Assembly: GCA_044225365.1 (NCBI GenBank)
Contig: JBGAIQ010000005.1
Location: 96,001 to 160,000 of the forward strand
Source: Planctomycetota bacterium
GTDB taxonomy: Bacteria; Planctomycetota; B15-G4; JADJEK01
Direction: 5' to 3'
DNA length: 64,000 nt
Made by a program: the position numbers and the translations under genes. Every line of letters starts with the position of its first letter. The first letter of the stretch is position 1. This document shows positions 46,504-55,576 of the stretch, one piece after another. The notes beneath the pieces were generated by a model. That model did no database searches, was not told the origin of the DNA, and was given only the letters and a program-made list of their open reading frames with translations.

Positions 46504-49314
46504 TCATCCTCCGGATTGAGAAGCAGGCGAGGCTGTTAGACGAAGAATCGGACGCAGCCCGATCGAGGCGGATGCCGACCCGACGGTGAGCTGATTGCGC
46601 GACGTAACACGGCAACGAACGGCACGATCCGCAAAACTCCCCCCGCGGAATTGGGCCGCGAGTTCCTTTTGGCCAATCGCGGGCTCCACCGGAGAATCGC
46701 TTACACACCATTCAGCGACGTTTCCAAGAACATCGAAGAGCCCAAATCCATTCGGAAGGAAACTCCCGACGGGCGCCGCGTATTCGAATGCATCGTCGAG
46801 GTCCGAATCGACACCTAGGAAGCGGATTTTCGCGTCGTTCTCAGCTTGCTTGTCCGCAATGTTCGCGAACAGCGGCACTTCTTCGCGATCGTCGGCAACG
46901 ATCCAGCGCGTCTTAGAATTCCCTCGGGCCGCGTACTCCCACTCCGCGGGAGTTGGCAGACTCCTACCGAACCTGGAGAGCAACAGCGTCGCGCTGTTCA
47001 TGGAGACTCCGGCGGCGGGAAACCCTCGCGCCGGAGTCGATGCCGAGTTGTCGAGCATGGCGGCTGCGGCGCCAGCGTCTTGGACACTGATCGTGCACGC
47101 GGGGATCGGGTCGCAGATCACGGATCGACAACGCTCCCATTCGGCAGCGGTCATCTCGTACTTGGCGATGAAGAATGCGGGCATCTTCAAGAATGTTACG
47201 GGCCCTTCGTCCGGCTCGGCGTCGGGGTCGTAGTTGCTTCCGTTCACGTTCCCTGATTGAGCCCCACTCATGTACTCGCCCGCCGGGATGAGTACGAGAG
47301 TGAGGTCCGCCGTCAAGAGATCCTGGAATTCCCAAAGGCCGCTCGACCTGTCACGACCCAGCGGAACCAAGTCCGGTCGAGGTTCGAGACGAAGCCCCTT
47401 GTATTGCGGACATTCATTGGTGTCCGCGATGCTTCGAACGGCGTCTTGCCAGCGATCCCTGATCTGAATCGAAATACTGGCGAGCTTCTGCGCGCTCTCC
47501 AATCGCGACCGAACGCTCGCCATCGGGCTCTTCGTGATCGATGGGTCGAGGAATTGATCGATTCCCGCAACCAACTTCGCGAGCGTTTCCTGTCGCAGTC
47601 GGATCACGGGTTGTGCGTCGCCCGCGCTCTTGAACTCGAAACCCAGCTCCTCGAGCCTCTTCACGGCGTCCGCGCGCTTCTCCACGACTTTCTCGGCGCG
47701 CCTCAGCCACGCTTCATACGCTTGGATCCGTTGCGGATCGCACGGCCAGAGTTTCGTTGCCTCCTCTCGGAGAGCGTCGATCTCGAACGCGGCGCCGATG
47801 TTCGCAGCGTCGAGTTCCGCGATCTCACGTTTTGCGTTCGCGTCCGCAACGCGCTCCCTCGAACGTGCGCCATACGCGAGGAAGCCGCTCAGACCCAAGA
47901 CGAAGACGACGATCGAAGCGGCCATCGTCGTCGCGAACGCTCGATTCCGTTCCGCCCACTTCTTCAACTCGATGACGGGTCCCACGGGTACGACCGATAC
48001 TCTGCGATGCTCGAGATAGGCGCGTAGGTCTTCGGCGAACGCCTTCATCGTCGGATAACGGTGCTTGATGTCCCGGGCCATCGCCTTGTTGCAGATCGCG
48101 ACCAACTCGACGGGCACATCGCTTCGGATGGACTCGATCGCTGCCGGGGGGCCATGACAAACCATCGACAGTATGGTCTGGGCGCTCATTCGGGAGCCGG
48201 GCGTCACATAGGGAATCTGGCCGCTCAACAATTGATAGAGAATCGCTCCTACCGCGTAGACGTCAGACCACGGCCCCATCTCTTCGATGCGACCCTGCGC
48301 CTGTTCAGGGGACATGTAGGAGGGTGTTCCGACGACCTGTCCGTCGATCGTCAACTCCGCGGTTCCGCCGCTCTCGGTATCCCTCGCATCCGTACTGATG
48401 ATCGTTCGCTGCGTCGTCGTCGTTGGATTCTGACGTACGCGTATGTCCTTGGTCTCCGGTCGCGAGAGAACGCGAGCGAGACCCCAGTCCATTACGTACA
48501 CCTCACCGTGCTCGACCTTGCCCACCATGATGTTCGAAGGCTTCAGGTCGCGATGGATGACGTCTCGCGAGTGCGCGAACGTCATCGCCTCGCACACTCG
48601 AAGGAGCACGACCGACAACACTCGTTCTCGTGTCCACTCGCTCTTCTCGAGCACGATGTCGGAGAAGATGCTCGAGAGGTTGCGTCCCTTCACCAATTTC
48701 ATCGTGAAGTAAACGCGACCCGCCGCATCGATACCGAGTTCATGAACTGGGACGATGCCAGGATGATCGAGTTGTGCCGTGATCTGCGCTTCTTCGAGGA
48801 AGCGCTCGAGCTTCCTTGGATCGACCGAGGCGATGCTTGCGTCCGGTTCCCCGACTCCTGAGCCGAGGATCACTTTCATCGCGAGACTGCGCCTCAAGTC
48901 CCGGTCGAACACGCGGAGGATCTTTCCCATCGCTCCGTGATCGACTTCCTCCTTCACGACGTAGCGGGCGAAGGTGGACTCGCGCTCTTGTATCGATCTG
49001 ACGAGGGACGGCGCCGGCCTCGAAGCACTGTCGGATTCCAAAGAGATGCCGGGGTCCACCTGCGACCCGAACTTGTCCCGTATGCGCTGGTGGAACGTTC
49101 GCGACGCCGCGAGGCCGTCCAAGCACGCTCCGACTCTCTCGAATCCGGAGTGAAACTCGCGAAGCTCGGAAGCGAGATCCGGATGCGCGGCGAGCACGGA
49201 GGCAAAGTCCCGCTCCTTGTCCTCTCCCGCGCTCTGAACGAATTCGAGATAGATCTCGAGCACCCGCTGGGTGCGCGGTTCCTGTCCCGACTCACCCTCG
49301 TGGTTCGCGACCAT
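46504..49314 (-). CDS. Ser/Thr protein kinase with TM helix and FGE-sulfatase (C-type lectin-fold) domain
   Basis: GAMG, AMK, RFLEEAQITAQLDHPGIVPVHELG, HRDLKPSN, DWG, GTPSYMSPEQA; LPTPAEWEYAARG, PNGFGLFDVLGNVAEW, RGGSF. Confidence 0.9.
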   Translation of the reverse strand: MVANHEGESGQEPRTQRVLEIYLEFVQSAGEDKERDFASVLAAHPDLASELREFHSGFERVGACLDGLAASRTFHQRIRDKFGSQVDPGISLESDSASRPAPSLVRSIQERESTFARYVVKEEVDHGAMGKILRVFDRDLRRSLAMKVILGSGVGEPDASIASVDPRKLERFLEEAQITAQLDHPGIVPVHELGIDAAGRVYFTMKLVKGRNLSSIFSDIVLEKSEWTRERVLSVVLLRVCEAMTFAHSRDVIHRDLKPSNIMVGKVEHGEVYVMDWGLARVLSRPETKDIRVRQNPTTTTQRTIISTDARDTESGGTAELTIDGQVVGTPSYMSPEQAQGRIEEMGPWSDVYAVGAILYQLLSGQIPYVTPGSRMSAQTILSMVCHGPPAAIESIRSDVPVELVAICNKAMARDIKHRYPTMKAFAEDLRAYLEHRRVSVVPVGPVIELKKWAERNRAFATTMAASIVVFVLGLSGFLAYGARSRERVADANAKREIAELDAANIGAAFEIDALREEATKLWPCDPQRIQAYEAWLRRAEKVVEKRADAVKRLEELGFEFKSAGDAQPVIRLRQETLAKLVAGIDQFLDPSITKSPMASVRSRLESAQKLASISIQIRDRWQDAVRSIADTNECPQYKGLRLEPRPDLVPLGRDRSSGLWEFQDLLTADLTLVLIPAGEYMSGAQSGNVNGSNYDPDAEPDEGPVTFLKMPAFFIAKYEMTAAEWERCRSVICDPIPACTISVQDAGAAAAMLDNSASTPARGFPAAGVSMNSATLLLSRFGRSLPTPAEWEYAARGNSKTRWIVADDREEVPLFANIADKQAENDAKIRFLGVDSDLDDAFEYAAPVGSFLPNGFGLFDVLGNVAEWCVSDSPVEPAIGQKELAAQFRGGSFADRAVRCRVTSRNQLTVGSASASIGLRPILRLTASPASQSGG

Positions 49315-49509
49315 TGAACTGTGATCCTGAACAGCCGAGACCCACACTCACGAATCCCGGAACGGTTGAGTGGATTGTTGAATTGGCCTCGAGATCCGTC
49401 GCGGAGCATAATCCCACGTGCGATCTACGACAAGACGCTCCTCATTTCCCCGTCACCGGCATCGAACCACTGCTCGTTGCAATCCCGGAGTGTGCACCGC
49501 GACTCAACA

Positions 49510-51294
49510 TCATTCGCCAGTCGTCCCCACCGCCGCGCGCAGCTCGATCCGGAACGCGGTGCCCGAAGTCCCCGGGGTCACGACGTGGCGCAGCTCGCCG
49601 CCCATCGAGCGGGCGAGGCGGCGGCAGAGGGCGAGGCCGAGGCCGACGCCGGGCTTGCCCGAGGTCTCGGCCTGATCCGGGCGGCGGAACGGCTGGAACA
49701 GGCGCTTTGCGGCGGTCGGGTCGATCCCGGGACCGTGGTCGCGGATCGTGATCTGCGCGCCATGGGAGTCGCCTTGGGCGAGAACCTCGATCGTCTTGTC
49801 GTCGCCCTCGCTCGCGTACTTGCAGGCGTTGTCGACGAGGTTGAAGACGATCTGTTCGACGGCGCCGACGTCGGCGAGCACTCTCGCATCCGGCGCGGCG
49901 ACATCGATCACGAGCGTCATCCCGGCGCGGTCGGCGCGTTCCTTCGCGCGTTCGAACGATCGATGCACGAGTTCGGAGAGTGCGATCGGCTCGCAGCGGG
50001 GCAAGGCCCTTCGCGCTTCCACTCGGGAGTAGGCGAGGACGTTTTCGACCAGCGCGGCGAGTCGATCCGCTTCGCGGCGCAACGTTTCGAAGTAGGCCTG
50101 CTGGCGCCCGGGCTTCACCTTGCCGTCGACGAGCATCTCGGCGTACATGCGAAGCGTGGTGAGCGGAGTGCGGAGTTCATGCGTCACCGCGGACACGAAG
50201 GCCGCACGGCGATCGGACGCGCTGAGCAATACGCGCAGCACGACGCCGACCGCGAGCGCCGCGACGAGCGCCGAAGCCAGCGCGAGATAGAGCGAGATCC
50301 GCGCGGTGGAACCCGAACTGCTCTCGTACGGGTCGGGGATCGGGCCGGGAACGAGTTCGAAGGGCAAGCCGATGAGAGCCTTGCTGCGATCCTCCGACCC
50401 CTTGGCATCGAGCGATCGCGCGCGCAGTTTCGCACGCGGCAACTCCGAGCGGATGCCGGCGAGCAATCGCGTCTCGATCTCCTGTCGATCGAGCCAGCAA
50501 CCCTGGACGAATGGCTCGCCGTTGATGTTGACGTGACGGGCGAGGAGCAGCATGTCTCCGCACCACACTCCGCGCAGCATCCCGGACACGACGACGGGAG
50601 AACCCGGAGCGGCGCGCCGAAGTTGATTCGAAGTGGATTGCGGCGGACCGTTGTTCGTCGCGACCTGTCGCTGCCGCGCCTCCGCGATGCTCCGCGCGTC
50701 TTCGATGCTCTTCTTCAGCGAGGGCAATTCGCCCACGAGGTTCGCCGAGGAACCCGCGGCCGCTTCGACCTGTTCGATGCCGATGAGGATGCGCTTCAGA
50801 GGATGATTGCGCAGCCCTTCCTCGAACTGCTTCTGGAGTTGCTGCGCCCTCGCGACCGCTTCTTGCGTCGTGTCGCCGCGTTCGAGCGCCATGTCGAGGA
50901 GCCCGCCCTCGGGGATCTGGGGAGAGGAGAGTTTCTCATCGGGGCCGATCTGGAAGTGGAACTTCACGAATCCGAGATCCGCGCCGAGGACTCGCGACGG
51001 AGCGAGGAAGTCCTTCTGTTGCGGTCTCAGATCCGCGACCGAGGCCTGTGCATCGCCCATGTGGTAGGCCGCGTAATCATGCGGCGGCATCTCCGCCTCA
51101 TGGATCTTCCAGGCCTGGATCGCGAGCTCCATGCCGTACATCGCGCGTTGGACGATTTCGGTCTCGCGCTCCTCGGCGACGGATTGCCACTGGCTGCGTT
51201 CGAGGTCGACGACGCGAAACGCGAACCAACCGAGGGATCCGAGCACGACGGCGAGGCAGAGGAAGTAGGCCGTCCAGATGGTCAGGGGCCGCAT
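49510..51294 (-). CDS. Sensor histidine kinase
   Basis: Two TM segments; HELRTPL, NLVDNACKY, DHGPGI, GVGLGL. Confidence 0.92.
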   Translation of the reverse strand: MRPLTIWTAYFLCLAVVLGSLGWFAFRVVDLERSQWQSVAEERETEIVQRAMYGMELAIQAWKIHEAEMPPHDYAAYHMGDAQASVADLRPQQKDFLAPSRVLGADLGFVKFHFQIGPDEKLSSPQIPEGGLLDMALERGDTTQEAVARAQQLQKQFEEGLRNHPLKRILIGIEQVEAAAGSSANLVGELPSLKKSIEDARSIAEARQRQVATNNGPPQSTSNQLRRAAPGSPVVVSGMLRGVWCGDMLLLARHVNINGEPFVQGCWLDRQEIETRLLAGIRSELPRAKLRARSLDAKGSEDRSKALIGLPFELVPGPIPDPYESSSGSTARISLYLALASALVAALAVGVVLRVLLSASDRRAAFVSAVTHELRTPLTTLRMYAEMLVDGKVKPGRQQAYFETLRREADRLAALVENVLAYSRVEARRALPRCEPIALSELVHRSFERAKERADRAGMTLVIDVAAPDARVLADVGAVEQIVFNLVDNACKYASEGDDKTIEVLAQGDSHGAQITIRDHGPGIDPTAAKRLFQPFRRPDQAETSGKPGVGLGLALCRRLARSMGGELRHVVTPGTSGTAFRIELRAAVGTTGE

Positions 51295-51303
51295 GCGGAA
51301 TCC

Positions 51304-51996
51304 CTACGAATCGGGAGCCTGATACATGTACCCCTTCCCCCGCACCGTGCGAACGATGCGAGGTGAATGCGGATCGTCGTGCAGTTTCTCGCGCAGGCGG
51401 ACGACATGCATGTCGATCGTACGGGTTTCGAGGCCGCGCGGATCGATGCGCCACACGTTGCGCAGGAGTTCTTCGCGCGCGACCGCGCGGCCGCTGTGGC
51501 GAGCGAGGTAGAGCAGCAGCTCCAGTTCGCGATTGCTGAGTTCCTCGCGCTTGCCATCCGCGAAGCGAACTTCGAGGCGACTGACGTCGACCTCGCCACC
51601 CTCGACCTGGATCTTCTTCAGGTCGACCGGGCGTTCGGCGGACCTGCGGATCACGGCTTCCACCCGGGCGAGGAGTTCCCGCGCCGAGAACGGCTTCACG
51701 ACGTAGTCGTCGGCCCCGAGCTTCAATCCCTTGACTCGATCCTCCTCCGCGCCGCGCGCAGTCAGGATGATGACGGGAAGCGTCGGGCGCGAATCGCGGA
51801 TCGCGGCGAGCACCTCGTTGCCATCGCGATCGGGCAGGCCGAGGTCGAGCAGGACGAGCGAGCAGTCGGACATCAGGGCCGACTCGAGACCCTCTTTCGC
51901 GGTGGCGGCCTCGACCGCCTCCATCCCCTCGGACTCGAGCGCGTCGACGACGCCCATTCGAATCGCCTTGTCGTCCTCGATCACGAGTATGCGCAT
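51304..51996 (-). CDS. OmpR-family response regulator
   Basis: ILVIEDD, LLDLGLP, LTARG, GADDYVVKPF, winged-helix TRTIDMHVVRLREKL…TVRGKGY. Confidence 0.94.
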   Translation of the reverse strand: MRILVIEDDKAIRMGVVDALESEGMEAVEAATAKEGLESALMSDCSLVLLDLGLPDRDGNEVLAAIRDSRPTLPVIILTARGAEEDRVKGLKLGADDYVVKPFSARELLARVEAVIRRSAERPVDLKKIQVEGGEVDVSRLEVRFADGKREELSNRELELLLYLARHSGRAVAREELLRNVWRIDPRGLETRTIDMHVVRLREKLHDDPHSPRIVRTVRGKGYMYQAPDS

Positions 51997-52200
51997 GTCG
52001 CTCGTCTCCTCCAGCCAGGAATCGCTCTGCGATGGAAGCCGCGAGAAACGGACGACTTCGACGCGGGTTCGCGAACACCACTCCATCGACGCATTCTTTC
52101 GGAAGATATTCATATCGCGCGTAAATCGCGAGTAACCGCCCCGCCGACGCGCTTCCCTGCGGCCGTCGAGTCTGCTTGAATCCCCGAACACGCCGAGACT

Positions 52201-52285
52201 GCGAGGATGGCGGAACTGGCAGACGCACCAGTCTTAGAAGCTGGCGCCGAAAGGCATGGGGGTTCGAGTCCCCCTCCTCGCACCA
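52201..52285 (+). tRNA. tRNA-Leu (TAG)
   Basis: Acceptor GCGAGGA/TCCTCGC, anticodon loop CTTAGAA, long variable arm GCCGAAAGGC, CCA. Confidence 0.95.
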
Positions 52286-52314
52286 CTCCCCTTCCGCTTC
52301 CGGCGAATTCGAAG

Positions 52315-53121
52315 ATGCGAGACGATCGTGCCCCGGCCCTCGACCCAGCGCTCGTCGCACGCGTCGCGGACGCGGTCGCGCGCGCGAAGCGCGTTCTGTT
52401 CGTCACCGGAGCCGGGATCTCGGCCGAGTCGGGATTGCCGACCTATCGCGGGATCGGCGGATTGTACTCCTCGGGACTCACGCCCGAGGGCTACGCGATC
52501 GAGGACGCCCTCTCGGGCACGATGTTGGAAGATCGCCCCGAGATCTGCTGGCGCCACATCGCACAGATCGAAGCGGCCTGCCGCGGCGCGAGACCGAGTC
52601 GGGCTCACCGACTCGTCGCAGAGGTCGAGGAGCGATGCGAGCACGTCGTCGTCCTGACGCAGAACGTCGACGGATTGCACGCAGCGGCGGGATCGAAGGA
52701 CGTGATCGAGATCCACGGCAACGTCCATCGGCTCGTTTGCACGGGCTGCGGTCGGCGGCGAACGGTCGCGGATTACGCGGGACTCGCGATCCCGCCCTAC
52801 TGCGAGCACGCCGGGTGTTCCGCTCTCGTGCGGCCCGAGGTGGTGTTGTTCGGCGAGATGTTGCCGGGCGCCGCGATCGCGAAGCTCGAACGCGAAGTCG
52901 CGCGCGGATTCGACGTCGCATTCTCGATCGGCACGACGAGCGTCTTCCCCTACATCGCCTATCCCGTGCTCGCGACGAAGCGACGGGGCGGACTCGCGGT
53001 CGAGATCAATCCGGGGACGACGGAGGTGAGCGATCTCGTCGACGTCCGCCTGCCCTCCGGCGCGGGCGCCGCGCTCGGTGCGATCGTCGAAGCGCTACCG
53101 CCGAGCGGGCTCAACGCGTAG
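52315..53121 (+). CDS. cobB: NAD-dependent deacylase (sirtuin)
   Basis: GAGISAESGLPTYRG, TQNVDGLH, HGN, Zn-binding Cys pairs, RPEVVLFGE, EINP. Confidence 0.88.
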   Translation: MRDDRAPALDPALVARVADAVARAKRVLFVTGAGISAESGLPTYRGIGGLYSSGLTPEGYAIEDALSGTMLEDRPEICWRHIAQIEAACRGARPSRAHRLVAEVEERCEHVVVLTQNVDGLHAAAGSKDVIEIHGNVHRLVCTGCGRRRTVADYAGLAIPPYCEHAGCSALVRPEVVLFGEMLPGAAIAKLEREVARGFDVAFSIGTTSVFPYIAYPVLATKRRGGLAVEINPGTTEVSDLVDVRLPSGAGAALGAIVEALPPSGLNA

Positions 53122-54799
53122 CGGTCGCCGCGGCGAGGAATTCGGTCGCGCTCATCCCGGGCCGATACAGCCCCAGGATCGCCGATTCCGACGCGATGAC
53201 GCCCCCCGTGACGAGCCCGGCCGCGAACCTCTCGGCGCGCGCTCGATCGCAGGGGTAGTCCTTCTCGAACGTCATCGGTTCGTGCTCGTCGATCGCGCCG
53301 ACGAGCGCGAGTCGCTGGACGAATGGGAAGAGCGGATGGTGGCAGCCGAGGTCGTGATATCCGAAGAGCACGGCCTTCGCTTCGAGCAGCACGTTCTGCA
53401 ACTCGCCGACGGCGAGTTCGCGCGGCGTGAGGTTCTTCCTCGCGCAGAGCGCAGCCGCCGCGCCAGCGGCCTGACCGACCGCCATCACGACGGGCTGCAG
53501 CCGCGTGCACCCGTTCACGATGTGCGTGACCGCGTAGCTCTTCTCGGCGACGAGGAGTCCATCGACCCGAAGCGGGACGAGCGCCCCGTAAGGCACCTGG
53601 AACGGCCCGTTTCCGGGATAGTCCTCGTGAAGGCGCTGGTCCTCGGGCAGATGTCGCTTCGCATGATGATGGTCGAGGTAGTAGTCGCCGACCGCGATCG
53701 CATCCTTACGCAGCGGTGCGCGAACGGCGCCGTCGCGCGGCAGGACGTCGTCCTCCTTCAGCGTGACGACGCCGATCTGCCGCCGGCACTCGCGCACGTA
53801 CGGGATGAACGGAAGCAGATCGGCGGTGCCGTACTGCGTTTCGTCGAGGCCCCATTCCGGGTGCTTCAGTTCGCGCTGCATCAATCGCACGAAGGCGAGC
53901 GTGCGGCGGCGCGCCAACGCGAGTTCGCGATCGCGAACCGCGCGATCCTCGATCATCGCGCGAGAGACGGGGTGATCGTTCGCGTGGAACGGCCAGTTGA
54001 GGAGGTAGCGATCGTTCGGCACTCGCGAGTAGGAGAGGAAGCCCTTCCAGTCGAAGAGCTTGTGATTCCAATGCGACGGATCCTGCGTCGACGCGAACTC
54101 CGCGATCGTTCCGTCGAAGTCTCGCGCGGCGATCCCGTCTTGTGCGGCGACCGGCGGAGCGACGCCGTCGAACTTCCGCAAGATCGCGCAATAGGTCAGG
54201 TCCTGGATCTCGTCGTCGGGCTCCCTCGGCGCGTGGTCCTCACCCGTCTCCGCGTGCGATTCGCGACCGATCCGATGATCCACCATCGCGAGCGGCAGGA
54301 AGTCGCCCCATTCGGTCGCGTCGATCGTGACGGACGCCCGCACCGAATGCACTTCGCCCTTCCACTCGATGACGGCGCCAACGACCCGGGTCTGCTCGAG
54401 GCTCGCCGCGACGACCCGTGCGCCGTGCCAGACCTCGACCGCACTGCGCTTCGCCGTCGCGCGCAACCACTCGGCCGCGACTCTCGGTTCGAAGCACGAG
54501 TCGCTCACCCACCCGGTCTTCAGCTTCTGCGGGCCGCCGTAGTACGCCTCGAGATGGTCCCGCAACTCGCGCAGGATGCCGCCGCTCATCTCGCCCTTGT
54601 TGCCATCGAGGGCGGAGACTCCCGCCGCGGTGATCATCCCGCCGAGCCACGGCGTTTCCTCGACGAGGAGGACGCGAGCGCCCATGCGCCCCGCCTGGAT
54701 CGCCGCCGCGGATCCCGCGACGCCTCCGCCGAGGATCAAGACGTCGTACGCAACGCGACTCGAAGGAGCATCAGCTGACGGCGATCCCGAATACGCCAT
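53111..54799 (-). CDS. FAD-dependent oxidoreductase (FAD_oxidored-like family)
   Basis: GGGVAG Rossmann motif, WLGGMITAAGV, IDATEWGD, PYVRECRR, RLQPVVMAVGQAAG. Confidence 0.85.
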   Translation of the reverse strand: MAYSGSPSADAPSSRVAYDVLILGGGVAGSAAAIQAGRMGARVLLVEETPWLGGMITAAGVSALDGNKGEMSGGILRELRDHLEAYYGGPQKLKTGWVSDSCFEPRVAAEWLRATAKRSAVEVWHGARVVAASLEQTRVVGAVIEWKGEVHSVRASVTIDATEWGDFLPLAMVDHRIGRESHAETGEDHAPREPDDEIQDLTYCAILRKFDGVAPPVAAQDGIAARDFDGTIAEFASTQDPSHWNHKLFDWKGFLSYSRVPNDRYLLNWPFHANDHPVSRAMIEDRAVRDRELALARRRTLAFVRLMQRELKHPEWGLDETQYGTADLLPFIPYVRECRRQIGVVTLKEDDVLPRDGAVRAPLRKDAIAVGDYYLDHHHAKRHLPEDQRLHEDYPGNGPFQVPYGALVPLRVDGLLVAEKSYAVTHIVNGCTRLQPVVMAVGQAAGAAAALCARKNLTPRELAVGELQNVLLEAKAVLFGYHDLGCHHPLFPFVQRLALVGAIDEHEPMTFEKDYPCDRARAERFAAGLVTGGVIASESAILGLYRPGMSATEFLAAATATR

Positions 54800-54807
54800 A
54801 GCTTGTT

Positions 54808-55464
54808 CTAGCCACGCTTCTCCGGGTCGTAGCGTTCGAGGATCTCGGCGAGTCGGGAGAGCGCGCGATGCAGCAGATTCCGCACCGAGTCCTCGGTGCG
54901 ATCCATCTGCGTCGCGACCTCGGCACGCGACAACCCGACGAAGCGCGACAGCATGATGACGTCGCGATACTCCTGCGGGAGTTCGTCGAAGGCGTGCTCG
55001 ATCTTCTCGATGTACTCCCGTGCGAGGAGCTCGCGCGACGGAGACATCACCGTGCGGTACGCGTTCGCCAGGCGATCGTCGTCGCTGCCCGAACTGTGCG
55101 ACGGCGTCTCGACGCGGATCTCGAGCTTCGCGTCGCGCTTCCCCGCCATGTAGAACTCTTGGCGATTCGACAGCTTCCGGAGCGCGGTCGCGTACAGCCA
55201 GTGCTTGAACCCGTTCTCCCCCGGATACTGGAAGCGGTCCATGTGCTGGAGGACTTCACGGCATACGGACTGGGCCAGATCGGAGCAGGACTCGCGGGCA
55301 CGAATCGTGGGCCCCATGCGGAGTCGGATGAACGCGCGCAATCCCGGGAGATGGCGATCGAGGAGTTGATCGACGGCGACCATGTCGCCGCGAGCGGCCG
55401 CGTCGACGAGTTTCTTCTCCTCGAGCTTGTTCGGATCGGGTGCTTCCGGCGGCGTGGGTTCCAT
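54808..55464 (-). CDS. ECF sigma-70 factor
   Basis: GDMVAVDQLL…LRAFIRLR…SDLAQSVCRE…FKHWL; region 4 LPQEYRDVI…VATQMDRTEDSVRNLLHRAL. Confidence 0.88.
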   Translation of the reverse strand: MEPTPPEAPDPNKLEEKKLVDAAARGDMVAVDQLLDRHLPGLRAFIRLRMGPTIRARESCSDLAQSVCREVLQHMDRFQYPGENGFKHWLYATALRKLSNRQEFYMAGKRDAKLEIRVETPSHSSGSDDDRLANAYRTVMSPSRELLAREYIEKIEHAFDELPQEYRDVIMLSRFVGLSRAEVATQMDRTEDSVRNLLHRALSRLAEILERYDPEKRG

Positions 55465-55576
55465 GGGACGAATCCTACCTTGCGCCGGTCCTTGTTCCCA
55501 ACAACGGCGCGCGGCAAGATTCTCGAATGGGCCCGCGTCCGGAGATTCCGACCTTTCCCCGCGTCCTGGAACTCGC

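Noticed and set aside
46504-46800. Diversity-generating retroelement target (FGE/CLec C-terminus)
   Set aside because: No reverse transcriptase or template repeat was seen in the window.
52207-52314. N-terminal extension of the sirtuin ORF
   Set aside because: It overlaps tRNA-Leu; the real start is more likely ATG 52315.
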